Of a DNA stretch of 64,000 nt, positions 35,267 through 50,553 are shown piece by piece. Position 1 is the stretch's first letter; every line of letters begins with the position of its first letter. A model generated the notes under the pieces. The model saw nothing but the letters and a program-made list of their open reading frames with translations. It had not been told where the DNA came from and ran no database searches. The translations under genes were made by a program, and so were the position numbers. This DNA comes from Octopus vulgaris (taxonomy: Eukaryota): NCBI GenBank assembly GCA_951406725.2, contig OX597818.1, positions 131,688,001 through 131,752,000 of the forward strand. The letters run 5' to 3'.

Positions 35267-35650
35267 AAGGAGCACTCCGTCGGTTACGACGACGAGGGTC
35301 CCAGCTGATACGATCAATGGAAGAGCTTGCTCATGGAATTAACGTGCAAGTGGCTGAGCACTCCACAGACACGTGTACCCTTAACATAGTTCTCGGGGAG
35401 ATTCAGCGTGACACAGAGTGTGACAAGGCTGGCCCTTTGAAATACAGGTACAACAGAAACAGGAAGAAAGAGTGAGAGAAAGTTGTGGTGAAAGAATACA
35501 GCAGGGTTCACCACCACCCCCTGCAGGAGCCTCGTGAAGCTTTAGGTGTTTTCGCTCAATAAACACTCACAATGCCCGGTCTGGGAATCGAAACTGCGAT
35601 CCTACGACCGCGAGTCTGCTGCCCTAACCACTGGGCCATTGCGCCTCCAC
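35267..35650 (-). mobile_element. SINE family D (tRNA-like head)
   Basis: GGCCCAGTGGTTAGGGCAGCAGACTCGCGGTCG..GTTTCGATTCCCAGACCGGG followed by ~300 bp of body. Confidence 0.8.
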
Positions 35651-35892
35651 ATACACACACATACCGTGCATATGTTTGTGTGTGTGTGTGTACATGCACA
35701 GGTGTGTTTGTATGTCTTAGGTTGACATATTACTAAAGGTAATATGTCATTTTCAGTGGCTTGCATGTATTTGTATCGGGTGTCTACATACGTATCACTC
35801 TGCCTGTGAAAGCATATAACACAAGTTTGTCTATTTATTTCATTCATAATTATGGATTAGACAATATATGTTTATGTACATATGTGTATACT

Positions 35893-36680
35893 CTTATTCT
35901 TTACTCTTTTACAAGTTTCAGTCATTTGACAGCGGCAATGCTGGAGCACCGCCTTTAGTCGAGCAAATCGACCCCGGGACTTATTCTTTGTAAGCCCAGT
36001 ACTATTCTATCGGTCTCTTTGAACCGCTAAGTGACGGGGACGTAAACACACCAGCATCGGTTGTCAAGCAATGCTAGCAGTACAAACACAGACACACAAA
36101 CACATACATACATATATATACATATATACAACAGGCTTCTTTCAGTTTCTGTCTACCAAATCCACTCACAAGGCATTGGTCGGCCCGGGGCTATAGCAGA
36201 AGACACTTGCCCAAGATTCCACGCAGTGGGACTGAACCCAGCACCATGTGGTTGGTTAGCAAGCTACTTACCACACAGCCACTCATAACCATCTATATAT
36301 ATATATATAGATGTAGGCAGAGGAGTGACTGTGTGGTATGTAGCTTGCTTACCAACCACATTGTTCCAGGTTCAATCCCACTGCATGGTACCTTGGGCAA
36401 GTGTCTTCTACTATAGCCTCGGGCCGACCAATGCCTTGTGAGTGGATTTGTTAGACGGAAACTGAAAGAAGCCAATCGTGTATATACATATATATGTATG
36501 TGTGTGTTTTTCTCTCTCTAACATCGCTTGACAACTGATGTTGGTCTGTTTATGTCCCCATAACTTAGCAGTTTGGCAAAAGAGACTGATACAATAAGTA
36601 CTAGGTCAATTTGCTTGATTAAAAGCAGTGCTCCATCATGGCCTCAGTCAAATGACTAACAAATAAAAGATGAAAAGAAT
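35893..36680. mobile_element. Head-to-head SINE B pair (35893-36284 minus, 36314-36680 plus)
   Basis: Consensus match with a ~30-bp spacer. Confidence 0.9.
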
Positions 36681-36993
36681 ATACATCTATGACAGTGTAT
36701 ATATGACAGCGTGTATATATATGAGTGTGTATATGTATGCGTGTGTATATATGCATGTGTGTGTGTGTGTATATACACAAATATTTATAAATGCATAGAT
36801 ATATAAATGTATAAACATGTGTTCTTATAAATTTATATAAATACATATATCCATGTGTGTGTGTATATATAGATATATATATATATACATACACATACAA
36901 ATAGATATATATATGTTTACGCATATATGCAAACACATATAATTACATAAATCTATATATGTAAGAACTCGTGTGTGTATGTATGTATGTATG

Positions 36994-37051
<58 letters not shown>

Positions 37052-37083
37052 TGGATAGATATATATATATATATATATATAAT

Positions 37084-37134
<51 letters not shown>

Positions 37135-37423
37135 TAGATAGATAGATATATATATATATAATGATACATACACACATATGCTCACACCAAGTATGCATAC
37201 ATAAACATACATGTACACATTTATACACTCACACATGATCATGTAAAATACACGTGTGTGTGTGTGTGTGTGTGTGTGTACATATGTATCTCAGCGGAAA
37301 AGTAAGTGAGCTGAAGTCCTGTTCCCTTCCGTTCCCTTTCGCTCTGTTCTTTTCCGTTCCGTTCAGTGTTTCAGTACAGGCTGTCTGAAACGTGAAGAAG
37401 AACAACAACAGCAGCAATAGTTA

Positions 37424-37437
37424 ATTGCCATGGCAAC
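37424..37437. promoter_or_regulatory. RFX X-box-like palindrome
   Basis: ATTGCCATGGCAAC, 13/14 match to GTTGCCATGGCAAC, within a CpG-containing unique island (37290-37520). Confidence 0.4.
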
Positions 37438-37719
37438 GTGGGGAGCGATGGCAAACACAGTGAGCGACTTACTTATCATTTGGTAATAATAATGCACATG
37501 GTGAAAGAATAATAGAGGTGGCATACAGTAATGCAACGGTTGAATGTGTGTGTGTGTGCGTGTGTGTGTGTGTATGTGTGTGTGTGTGTGTGCGTGTGTG
37601 TGTGAAGAGATGAATGTGTTTGCATATGTGGTTGTGTGTGATTGCGCATGCGATATACATGCATATGTGTGAGTGTATGTGTGTGTGTGTGTGCATGTGA
37701 TATACATGTATATGTGTGT

Positions 37720-37935
37720 GTGTGTGTGAGGTATATATGTGATTGTGAGTGTATATATGTGTGTGTGTGTGTGAGGTATATATGTGATTGTGAGTGTATA
37801 TATGTGTGTGTGCATATGTGAGGTATATATGTGATTATGAGTGTATATATATGTGTGTGTGTGTATGTGTGTGAGGTATATATGTGATTGTGAGTGTATA
37901 TATGTGTGTGTGCATATGTGAGGGTATATATGATG
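37720..37935. repeat. ~45-bp minisatellite, about 5 units
   Basis: GTGAGGTATATATGTGATTGTGAGTGTATATATGTGTG repeats. Confidence 0.9.
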
Positions 37936-37989
37936 CATGTGTGAGTGTGCATAAGAAAACTAACTCAGGTGATTAAAACATAAACAATT

Positions 37990-38555
37990 AGATAGATAGA
38001 CAGCTAAATAGATAGATGGATAGACAGACAGACAGATAGACAACAAACAGATACACAGAGAGACAGATAGATACACAGATAGACAAACAGATAGATAGAC
38101 AGCTAAATAGATAGATGGATAGACAGACAAACAGATAGACAGATAGACAACAGATAGACAGACAAGCAGATAGACAGACCGACAGAAAGATAGACAGATA
38201 GACAAACAGATAGATAGACAGCTAAATAGATAGATGGATAGACAGACAAACAGATAGACAGATAGACAACAGATAGACAGACAGACAGAGAGAAAGATAG
38301 ATACACAGATAGACAAACAGATAGATAGACAGACAGAGAGACAGATAGATACACAGATAGATAAACAGATAGATAGACAGCTAAATAGATAGATGGATAG
38401 ATAGACAGACAAACAGATAGACAGATAGACAACAGATAGACGGACAAGCAGATAGACAGACCGACAGATAGATACACAGATAGACAGACCGACAGATAGA
38501 TAGACAGACAGACAGATATTTAGGTGGATAGACAGACAGACAGAGGGACAGATAA
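37990..38555. repeat. GATA/GACA compound satellite with higher-order units
   Basis: The marker CAGCTAAATAGATAGATGGATAG recurs four times (~38001, 38100, 38219, 38378). Confidence 0.9.
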
Positions 38556-39437
38556 ATGTCAAGTGTCAGAGGGACATGTAAGAGACATCTCCTCACCCTT
38601 ATTTGGCTGAAAGGAAAAGGAAGGACAGCTGAGGACAAATGAATTGACAGTGACCACTGGATACTGCACAAACACTCTTGGTGGCTTTTGTTATCAGGAA
38701 TCATGTTCACACATAGATATACACACACCCATTGATAAAACAACACATACACATAATACCTAAATATACATATATACACACATATACACATGTAATTTTG
38801 CTGTTTGCACTCACTCATTCTACTAGTAAATACATACATGTAGCTGCATAAGGTTTCTTACATGAATAGAAACACAGCCATATCTATATTTCCCCATGCT
38901 ATATACTAATGTACACATGTCCCCATAACTTAGCAGTTTGGCAAAAGAGACTGATACAATAAGTACTAGGTCAATTTGCTTGACTAAAAGCAGTGCTCCA
39001 GCATGGCCTCAGTCAAATGACTAACAAATAAAAGATGAAAAGAATATACATCTATGACAGTGTATATATGACAGTGTGTATATATATGAGTGTGTATATG
39101 TACCTATTTATGAATGTAGGTATATACATGTACATGTGTGCACACGTACATATATGAACATATGCACACATATCTGTATGTGCATGTATATATATCTATA
39201 CACACACACACAAATTTACGTCAAGTATATAGGAGACATGAGTTCGAGTCCCATGACCAGCATTTAATTTTTACTGTCCAAAGGGGTTCTTTAACCCAGT
39301 ATTTACATGTATTCATTTATAGCCTATCTGTTTCAAGATCCAATGTTCCAAAAAGTCCATATACATATATATGTTTATATATATATATGTGTGTGTGTGC
39401 ATTTATATATGCATGTATATATATATATGCATGTATG

Positions 39438-39489
<52 letters not shown>

Positions 39490-39495
39490 TGTATG

Positions 39496-39542
<47 letters not shown>

Positions 39543-39559
39543 TTGTGCGTATATACATA

Positions 39560-39777
39560 TATTCTTTTACTTGTTTCAGTCATTTTGACTGTAGTCATTC
39601 TGAGACACTGCCTTTAGTCAAACAAATCAACCCCAGGACTTATTCTTTTTAAGCCTAGTACTTATTCTATTGGTCTTCTTTTGCTGAGCTGCTAAGTTAC
39701 AGGTACATAAACACACCAACATCAGTTGTCAAGTGGTGGTGGCAGTGGTAGTGGGACAAACAGACACAAACACACAC

Positions 39778-39814
<37 letters not shown>

Positions 39815-39930
39815 CGACAGGCTTCTTTCAGTTTCTGTCCACCAAATCCATTCACAAAGCTTTGGTCAGCCTGAGGCTATAGTAGAAGACACAGTGGGAA
39901 TGAGCCAAGAAGCATGTGGTTGGGAAGCAA
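39560..39930 (-). mobile_element. SINE B, diverged (others at ~51175-51400 minus and 53724-54065 plus)
   Basis: Consensus match. Confidence 0.85.
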
Positions 39931-39987
39931 GTATTTGTGTATATGTGTGTATATATATATATATACATATATATGTACATGTATGTA

Positions 39988-40022
<35 letters not shown>

Positions 40023-40180
40023 GTACATGTATGTATGTGTGTGTATATATATATAAATATATATATAAACTTACTTGGAAATGGATGCTTGGCATTCAAT
40101 AAAATAATAATGATAAATAATATATATATGTTTATATATATGTATATATATGTGCGAGAGTGTGTGTATATGTAAATGTG

Positions 40181-40218
<38 letters not shown>

Positions 40219-41014
40219 ATATAGACACACATATATATACACACACATTTATATTTGTTTACATATATGTATGTGCATATATACACACACCCACACAAAT
40301 GTACATGCATACACACACACACACGCACACTGATTGTCATATAAACAAGCAAACCTCGTAACTGGACTGACAAACATCTAAACAGATCGGATATCTAAAA
40401 CAGGCAAATCACAAGAGAGAGAAAGACAGACATAAAGACATTGAAGATGAGTTGAGAAGAATGTATAACAGAGAAATAAGAAAACAGAGACAGAGAGAGA
40501 GCAGGGGCAGATTTACAGTGATAATAATAGGGCTTGAGATAATCAAACCGTGTGATGGAAAGATACACAGATTAACAGACAGTTTCAGGGAAATATATAG
40601 AGTAAAAAAGAAATACTGATATTATTTTGCTCTTTTATTCCTTTAGCGGTTTCTGTCTTGGCACTGTGGCTATTCTGGTGTTTTGTCACCAGGGCCTTAA
40701 GGTGACCGTATCAAACAAACATAGTACCTATGTCAATCTGGGACTTATTTTATCAATCGCTGTTTGTCAAATCATTAAATAACACGAAAGTATATTATTC
40801 ATTCTTTTAATCTGCACATATGTGTTTGTGTGTGTGTGTGTTGAGTGAGCTTGTGTAGTTTATAAAGGCTAGTTTGTGTGTGTGTGAGTGTATTTTTATA
40901 TTTTGGGGATGTTCAGATTTTTGCTAATTAAAGACATGCACTACATACTTAGTCTTCACCTCAGATTTATTATTATTACTATCATCATCGTCATCATTGT
41001 TATTATTATCTAAA

Positions 41015-41225
41015 GTAGCGAGCTGGCAGAATCGTTAGCACGCTGGGTAAAATGCATAGCGGCATTTCATCCGTCTTTATGTTCTGAGTTCAAATTCCAC
41101 TGAGGTCGATCTTGTCTTTCATTTTTGCGGGTCAATAAATTAAGTACCAGTGACACACTGGGGTCGATGTATTCAACCAGATCCCTCCCCCAAATTCCAG
41201 GCCTTGTGCATTTAATAGAAAGAAT
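41015..41225 (+). mobile_element. SINE A-related copy with a different tail
   Basis: Same head and core, then a CCCTCCCCCAAATT..(ATT)n tail. Confidence 0.8.
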
Positions 41226-41500
41226 TATTATTATTATTATTATTATTATGAAGCTGAAGTGAAGGCCTAGTATGTGTTTAATTAGCAAAAATATGACCAT
41301 CCCCAACTATAACAACATCTGTTTCAACACACCATTTCACATCAGGAATCTTACAAAACAAATACATGGATGTGTATATGTATGTACATGTAAGTGAGAG
41401 TGAGAGAGACAACAATATACGGAGAAAGACAGACCGATGGGAAGACATGTGGAAAAACCAACAAAAACTCTGAGAGAGAGAGACAGAGAGAGGGATGGAG

Positions 41501-41534
<34 letters not shown>

Positions 41535-42160
41535 ATGGATGGACAAACGTGCACTACTGTAAGTATGTAAAAATGGAAAGACCTCAGCAAAACCACTGGC
41601 AGTACTATTGATGCAACTGCTAGTAACATCTGCTGCCTGCCTTTAACCATTACCATCATCGCAGCAAGCTAAAAAGGTGGCAACAGCACAGAATCTGAAA
41701 TATGTATGTATACAGGGAGAGGGGAAGAGAGAGAGAGAGAGAAAGAGAGAGACAGAGAGAGAGAGAGAGACAGAGAAAGAAAGAGAGAAGGAAACTGAGA
41801 GCAAAAAAAAAAAGGAAGAATTTTTAGAGTGTGGCTGTGTGAGAAGGAGAGAAAGGAGTGAGAAGGAGAGAAAGGAGTGTGGAGGAGAAGGAGAGAAACC
41901 AACGAGAAAGAAAAATTGGCCGTATTTTAAAGGCAGAAGGAGGCAGACGCAGCAATAACAAAGTGATGATAGTATGAAGTATTTATAAGTTTATTCTTGT
42001 TACTAAATACTTACTGCCTCTCACTGTCTCTCCCACTTTCTTAAACTGCCTTTCTTCATACGTTTTCTACTCACACTCCTTCCCCCCCCGCTCTTTACCT
42101 TCATCTCTCAATCAGTCTAATTTTTCCTCCTCTGTGTCTCTGTCACTTTCTCACTCTCTC

Positions 42161-42198
<38 letters not shown>

Positions 42199-42268
42199 GT
42201 CCTGTCATTTCTCGCTATAACTAGCCACATGTGCAACTGCCACTGCAAATGCTCGCTGCCGCTGCAGT

Positions 42269-42299
<31 letters not shown>

Positions 42300-42715
42300 G
42301 CTGCTAGTAGAGATAAGGGAGGGGCCAAACAACAAGGGAAACAGATGGAAAGAGGCTGTTGACTGATGTGAGACAGGTAGCAAAGCCTCTCCCCCCCTCT
42401 CTCTCTCTCTCTTCCTCCACTAGTGTAATAATACAGCAATATTTTAAGCTCGGTGAAAGACAGAAAGTAGAAAGCAGATGAGATATGCAGAGAGACAGTA
42501 AAGACAGTAGGAAGAATATAAATGGATATATATCCACGCACGACAGAACATAAATTAATAGATGTATATGAGAGAGAGAGAGGGAGAGAGAGAGAGAGAG
42601 AGAGAATGAAAAGACAGAGTATAAGCTAGAAGGTATCTGGTGATTGACAGCAAGAGTTTCGAAAACAGAGAGTTGAAGAAATAAGAAAGAAAATTAGGGA
42701 GATATACACAGATAT

Positions 42716-42770
<55 letters not shown>

Positions 42771-43270
42771 TAAACACACACATTGGTGTATGTGTATATA
42801 TATATATATATATATGTGTGTGTATATATATATATATTTATGCAATATGTACATAAGATAGTCCTATACAAGAAGGAGGTGAGCGGGTAATAGTTAAATC
42901 GAAGGAGGAAGATAAGTGGGAGTAAAATAGTTGGGATGGAAGAAGTATGCAAAATTATTTCAATAAATAGAGAGTGCAGGAGGGGGGTGGGGCGAGAGAA
43001 ACAAGATGTGTGTTTGTTAGTAATGTTGGTATCTAACCTATATTGATGAACATTTATTAACAACAACAACAACAACAACAACAACGGAGAAATATGCTGT
43101 CTGTGATGACAGTGTTGCTGATTCAGACTACTATATCGATGGCAAAGGTGATGATAGTGATGTCAGTACTAGGAGAGATAGTGAGGCATTGGCAATGGTA
43201 ATGCTGCTGGTGATGGTGGTAGCGGTAGTAGTAGAAATAGTAGCAGTAATAACGGAAGGTGAAGAGAGCG

Positions 43271-43314
<44 letters not shown>

Positions 43315-43693
43315 GGAGGGTGGCAATGGCAGTAGAGACGAGTGATCATGATGTAATGAAATTGGAGGAGGAGTTTTCTTGGGCTCCTTCTAACTTGAGT
43401 GGGAGTTGTAAGGCAAGAATGATAAGGAAAAAATGTTTCTTATACAAAGCTACAATAATCTAAGAAATACATACGGTGGTTTGTGCATGCGTGCATGTGT
43501 GCGTGTGTGTGTGTTGTTATACTGGAGGAGATGAAGGATGGAGCAGAAAGGAAGAGGGAGAGAAAGGAGAAAGAAAGTGAGTGGAAATGGTGATAAATGA
43601 TGGGGTAAAGAAAAAGCCTGAAGAAGGGGGTAATGAATGGTGGACAGAATAGGGGAGAGGAGAGATAAGATCTAAGTAGCAAGAGGTGGTTAC

Positions 43694-43724
<31 letters not shown>

Positions 43725-45357
43725 TATATACATATATATATACCATCATCATCATCGTTTAACATCCGCCTTCCATGCTGGCATGAGCGGGACATATATA
43801 CGTATGAATGTGTGTTTGTGTTTACACAGATATATATACATGTGTGTGTGTGTATATATTCCTGGAACTACTAATAGCATCACTGAATATATATACTCCA
43901 ATGCGTAGATACAAACAAATACATGTATGTATGTATGTATGTATGTATGCATGTATGTACGTATGCGGAACAACGGTAGGAAGGCCCAAGACGACACACA
44001 GTTTGAAGTTTAGAGATTACAAGGAAAATCGTGAGAGGGAGGGGTGACAAGAAAATGACGGGGGGGGGGGGAAGAAAGAAAGAAAAGAAGAAAGAATGTA
44101 GACAAAGAGAGGTGACACCTGAGCTATTATAAGGAGTGAGTGGGAGGTTACAGGACTGTCTCTCTCTCTCCAATAGTCTAGGAAAAGAAACATTTCTTGT
44201 TTCAATGTATGCCTGAATGTGTGTGCGTATTGTGAATGTATGAATGTGTGTATGTGGTTGCTCCAGTGTCCATAAACCTGAACATGTGCATATATGTTTA
44301 CACACACACACTCATATTTATTAATTTGATATATATATATATATATCCATATATATATGTACACATGCATATAACCACATATATATATATATGCACACAT
44401 GCATGCATATGTGTGTGTGTATATATATGTGGACATGTGTATAGCTATACATATACACTCATATACTACACTCATTGATGTTATTTACATAAAGTATGAA
44501 TAACCCAATGATGGATTAAATTTGGGCTCAAATATGTATCTGAGTGTATATGAGAGTGATAGTTAAGTTGTTGCAGTTGTTCTGGTTATCCTAAGTTTTG
44601 CATCAACACTGATTGCTCAGACCTAATGATGAAACGGCATTTCATACATGACCATCCAGGCCAAATTATTGAATGCATCTGTCTTTAAGACAGTGAGATA
44701 TCTATCACTTGAGCGTAAATCGGCTGCTATTTCTAGCATTTTGAATGACTGTCTAGAGGCTCATTCGCCAGCTCATTGTGGCTGTCCGTTTGATGATTGT
44801 ACGCATATCTGTACAAGGACAGACAATGACTGAAGAACAAGTTTGTGCTTCTGAGAGTGTGTGTGTGTGTGTGTGTGTAGAAGTGGTAGTGGGGGTGTTT
44901 AAATACATGTGTGTGAAAATTGGCTTGAATACTTTGATTCCTGTGGTTGTAGATATAATTTAACTTTATTTAGTGTAACATTAAGACAAATTAGTTGTGA
45001 GCGGCTACAGTTAGAAGGAAAAAGTATGAAAATTACAAACAAGTGTTGGAATATATATATATATATATATACACATGCATGTATTTATAAACACACACAT
45101 ACACATGCATGTGTGGCAAAGCCTCAGATCATGCAAAACAGTAAATTCTTGTATATTAAAATTAAATTTGTATACAAAGAAATGTCAATAGATAATGGAA
45201 TATTATATATGTGGGTGTGTGCATGAAATACAAAAAGAATTATATGAACCAATGTATTCATAAATAAATATACCTTTAAAGTTACATGGGTACGTGCATT
45301 ACGTATATGAAAGCGTACACATTTGAGTGGGTGTGCATATATGTGTGTGTATATATC

Positions 45358-45404
<47 letters not shown>

Positions 45405-45448
45405 AGCAATAGGTGAAACAATATAGTTTGCCATTCTAATGGTTATGG

Positions 45449-45496
<48 letters not shown>

Positions 45497-45583
45497 TATG
45501 CAACCTTATATGCCTTGTTCTAAATATAAATTTATGTAAGTAGAGAGAGGAAATATTTGAACACATGTTGATGTATGTATAAA

Positions 45584-45654
<71 letters not shown>

Positions 45655-45760
45655 AAAAATGTAAGTTTGTGTGAGTGTGTGTATATCTGCTTCATTAAGT
45701 ATATGTATGAAAATGAGCTTACATATGTCACTAGCATAGTGTGCAAACATGTGCACGCAC

Positions 45761-45826
<66 letters not shown>

Positions 45827-46889
45827 ATATATATATGAATGTGTTCTTCTATGTAAGTAAAAAACAATATTAGCAGCAGTATTCATGGGGATTTATGTTG
45901 TTTTTTTCTTATATTCTAATTAATTACTATACTCTGCTATATCATTTCAATTTTTTTTCAAAATTTCTTCTCATAAAAACATACCTTGAACCTTTTCTCT
46001 TCTTTTCCACTATATTTTTATGACAAAACTATTTTAAACTGTTAAAGTACAAACAAAAAAAAGAATACAAAACAACGATAAAAGCAAAACAAAAAAAAAA
46101 CTTTACTGTTATATAAAACCGAGTCATTACATCATTACATTTCCAACCTTGAAAACATGTATTTACATTTAACGTTCATAGTATCATAATAAAACAGAAA
46201 GTATATAAAACTATTATATAAAATGGTGGTGCCCCAGCATGGCCACAGCTCGTGAGCTGAAACTAGAATCAATCAATCAAAAGAAACTAAAAATACTACA
46301 ATAACTTAAAACATTTACATTATGAATAAAATATATTGCAAGATACTAAGTTTCAACACTTTACTGTTAATTATTGAGGACTAATATGTGCTGGTATAGC
46401 TATGGGCTGGCATAGCTATATGATTTAGAATTTCAATTCCTTGATTTTAGAATGGGTCCCACAGAGAGGCATCTTGGGTTAGTGTTTTCTACAATAGTCC
46501 TGGGTCAATCAATACTTTGACAGTGGATCTGATAGATGGAAGCTGAAGGAAGACTGTTTAATGTATGTATGTATGTATGTATGTATGTATTTATGTATGT
46601 ATGTATGTGGAAAAATAGAGACTTGCATTTGATACATATCAACAAAGATGCATTTATAAATTTATGTTGTTTATGATGTGTGTATGTTGGCAAATGCAAG
46701 TCAGTGTTGATACTTGTTGACTTAAAAAAAAACGTAGAAATGTTTGTGATAGGAAGAGCACCCAGCCAAAAAATCTTCCTCAACCTGTCCAACTCATGTT
46801 TGCATCAATCAAGGAACAATGCAGTTAACACAATAAAAAGATATATACATATATATACGTGATAAATATTTGCCACGATGGTGACGGAT

Positions 46890-47051
46890 GAGTGGTGGGT
46901 TCTTTCAAAAGATCATTTAATATTGATAAGTCAAGTAAATGTTAATTGTCTAAGACGTGTGTGTGTGATTGTGCATGTGTGTGTGTATTAGACAGTTAAC
47001 ATTTGCTTGACTTATTAATATTAAATGATCCTACGAAAACCCCCACCACTT
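46890..47051. repeat. Inverted repeat (~62-bp arms) around a (GT)-rich spacer
   Basis: GATCATTTAATATTGATAAGTCAAGTAAATGTTAATTGTCTAA vs TTAGACAGTTAACATTTGCTTGACTTATTAATATTAAATGATC. Confidence 0.8.
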
Positions 47052-48095
47052 ACATTTTAATTATAATTTTTCCTTGTAATAACCCACACCTCATCTTTTA
47101 CCCATGTGACAAATAAAAGAAAATATCATCATCATCATCATCATCATCCAAGAAATCATATCATAAGTAGTATACAGTGAAACTTTCTATTTGCTATTTC
47201 CTTTATATTTTTATTTATTTATTTACTATTAAATTTATAATTGTAGTATTTAGAATTAACGGAAAAATTTAAAGAATGCAATTTATACTTCCCAACCAAT
47301 CCATAAATGTGTGCTGCACAAACCAGATTTTAAAGGCACTTTCATATAAAAGAGGAATCCATTTAAATTAAAATTTAAATGAAATATTAATCAAATATCC
47401 TGGGACTGTTTCTATGTCTTGAAAAGTATTTCTTGCAATTTATTAACTCAGTTTTCATTGTTATTTCTCATTTTTTTCTTTTAATACAATTTGTATTTTT
47501 CTTCTTTATTTTACTTTTCTCACTCTTTCTTTCTCTATCCCTCTTCCTCTTTTTGCTTAGATTCGTAACAATACCTAAGCATTATGAATAAATGTTTTAC
47601 ATTTGAATTCTTCTTTAAATTTAACTAAAAGAAACATGTTCATACACAATGAATAAAACAAAAAGACAAATAGAAACAAATGTTTCAATAGGTTTTCTTT
47701 AATAATTCCATCAAAAGCACTGTTCATAAATTATCTTAATTTCAAATGCAATTGATTTTGATTTTAAAAATATAAAAAAAAGAAATATTAGATGTTTTCT
47801 TCATAGATACAGATAGTATATTTGTATGCACCATGGACACATTTGATGTATATAATCAATATCATATATAGATGAAATGGTCACTGTCTAACTGTTTCAT
47901 TAAAACAGAAATACAAGCATTTTAGTAATTAATTAATGAAAACAATGAAGATATGATGATATGAGGGAAGAAATGGTTGTTTGATTTTCATGCATTTCCA
48001 TCAAAAACTTTACACAAAACAATCAAAACTTTATGCAAATTGTATGATACCTATATATGCATGTGTGTGTATATTTATATATATATCTATATCAA

Positions 48096-48126
<31 letters not shown>

Positions 48127-49177
48127 ATAAGAGCAACTACAGAAAAAGGCTGCAAGGGTCACAAAAGTCCCAGTTGGTCCAGAACCAGCTATAATGTGCC
48201 CCCACCAGTAACCATGGATATGGATTTTCTACCAATGTCGGTCTCAAGAAGCCACCTTTGAACCACCAAAAAATGACATTAAGTGGACAATTTCAGGCAG
48301 GTGAAGAATAACACTCATATATATATATATATATATATATCGTTATGTATACGTATGTGTGTTCATTTAGACATGCACACACATATATGTATATTTATGA
48401 ATATCTATGAGTATATGTAATTTGTGTACACACATCAATAAGTGTATAATGGCATATATAAAAGTAGTCAAAACATAAATATATATGCATATATACACAC
48501 TCATCTATGAATGTGTGTGTGTGTGTGTGTAAATATACAAATACTCCAGAATATATATGAAAATACATATTAGAATGTTTAAACAAACTTGCATATTTCC
48601 ACTAATACCAAATTATTCATATACATAAATGTGTATACATACATGAATCTCAAATATGGGTATATGGATGAGTGCATACAAGTATAAATGAGTAAAACTT
48701 CATAAACATGGGTGTATAAAAACACAACAACAAGGAAAAGTGGATATTAGGGGACATATGCAAATATCTACAAACATTCAAATATATATTTTCATATATA
48801 TTTTAGAGTGTATACATATCATATGTGTGTGTGCTATGTATTTATATATGCAAACATATCTATATGTGTGTGTGTATATATATATATATATATAATGCAC
48901 AAAATATACTTTTACTAACTCAGAGTTGCTCACAAAAAGTTGCCTTTATCAGATCAGGATTCACTCATTGAATACATATTATATCAATATACATATATAT
49001 ATATGTGTGTGTAGATATATATTATGTACATAAATATAAAGATAAATGTATATATATATATATATATACATACATATACATAGATAGATAGATAATGTAT
49101 ATAAATATTTATGTGTCTGTGTGTGTATATATAAATATATATTTACATATATAGACAAATGTACATGTGTTTGTGTG

Positions 49178-49215
<38 letters not shown>

Positions 49216-49740
49216 GCACATACCTAACACACACACACACACACACACATATATGTATGTATGTATATATATATCTATCAATATATATATATATATATAT
49301 AAGTGTATAAAATACATACTAAGTATAAAAACTATAAGTGAACATAAGAGGCACTGGCTTCCTAGCCCAGAGTAAACTCCTACTTTCACACACTAAATCA
49401 CCAGACTTGCCAGCACAAGCCTTGGTCAAATATTTAAGAAATGCACACACATAAGCTATCACAGACAGGAAAAACTGTATATATATATATATATATATAT
49501 ATATGCATGTATCTGAAGTACTAACAAAGAAAGAAGAGTATATATGCATTCTTACAAGTGTATATGAAACATTAAATATTTATACTGACATAAGTAGTTA
49601 TGTGTGTTGGCATATATATCAATATTTGTATATATAATATATCTAAACATACATTTCAAAATATGGGCAAATACAAATAATTCTATATATGTCTATCTGC
49701 ATATATATATATATATATAAAATATACATGTATAACATTA

Positions 49741-49787
<47 letters not shown>

Positions 49788-49847
49788 ACATATATATATT
49801 TGTATATTATATATATAAATATATATATATTTGTATATATATATATT

Positions 49848-49885
<38 letters not shown>

Positions 49886-50504
49886 CATATATATATATAT
49901 ACATATATACATATATTTGTATATATATGTAAAGATATAAATACATATACATATATATGTAGATATATACATATATATATATAGATATATGTAAATATAT
50001 ATATATACATGCATATACATATATATATATAGATATATATATATACTTTTAAATATATCTATTTTATATATAGGTACACATATATGTAGGTATATATACA
50101 TATATATACATACATATATACATATACGCATACATATATAAACACATATATACATACGTATTTATGTATATATATATATACATAAGTACACATATACATA
50201 CAAATGTATATACATATATATATTAATTATATATATATAGATATATATATAGATATGTAAATATATGTATGTACATAAATACATATATATACAAGTATAT
50301 ATATATAAATACTATTATATAAACATATTTATATATATATATATAAATACATTTAGACATACAGATATATACATATACAAACACACATATAAAGATTTCT
50401 ATACCAATAAACGTGTATATATACAAAAATATTTATTTGTTTATGCGTATGGTTATCTATATTTATTATATAAACATGCACTTAAAGATACCTATCATAA
50501 GGTA

Positions 50505-50553
<49 letters not shown>

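Noticed and set aside
35575-35650. tRNA genes (also 33435-33512 and the SINE A/B heads)
   Set aside because: A/B boxes are present but acceptor stems are imperfect and each continues into a SINE body.
37720-37935. CRISPR-like array (also the MULE terminal subrepeats)
   Set aside because: No unique spacers, eukaryotic context and no cas genes. It is a minisatellite.
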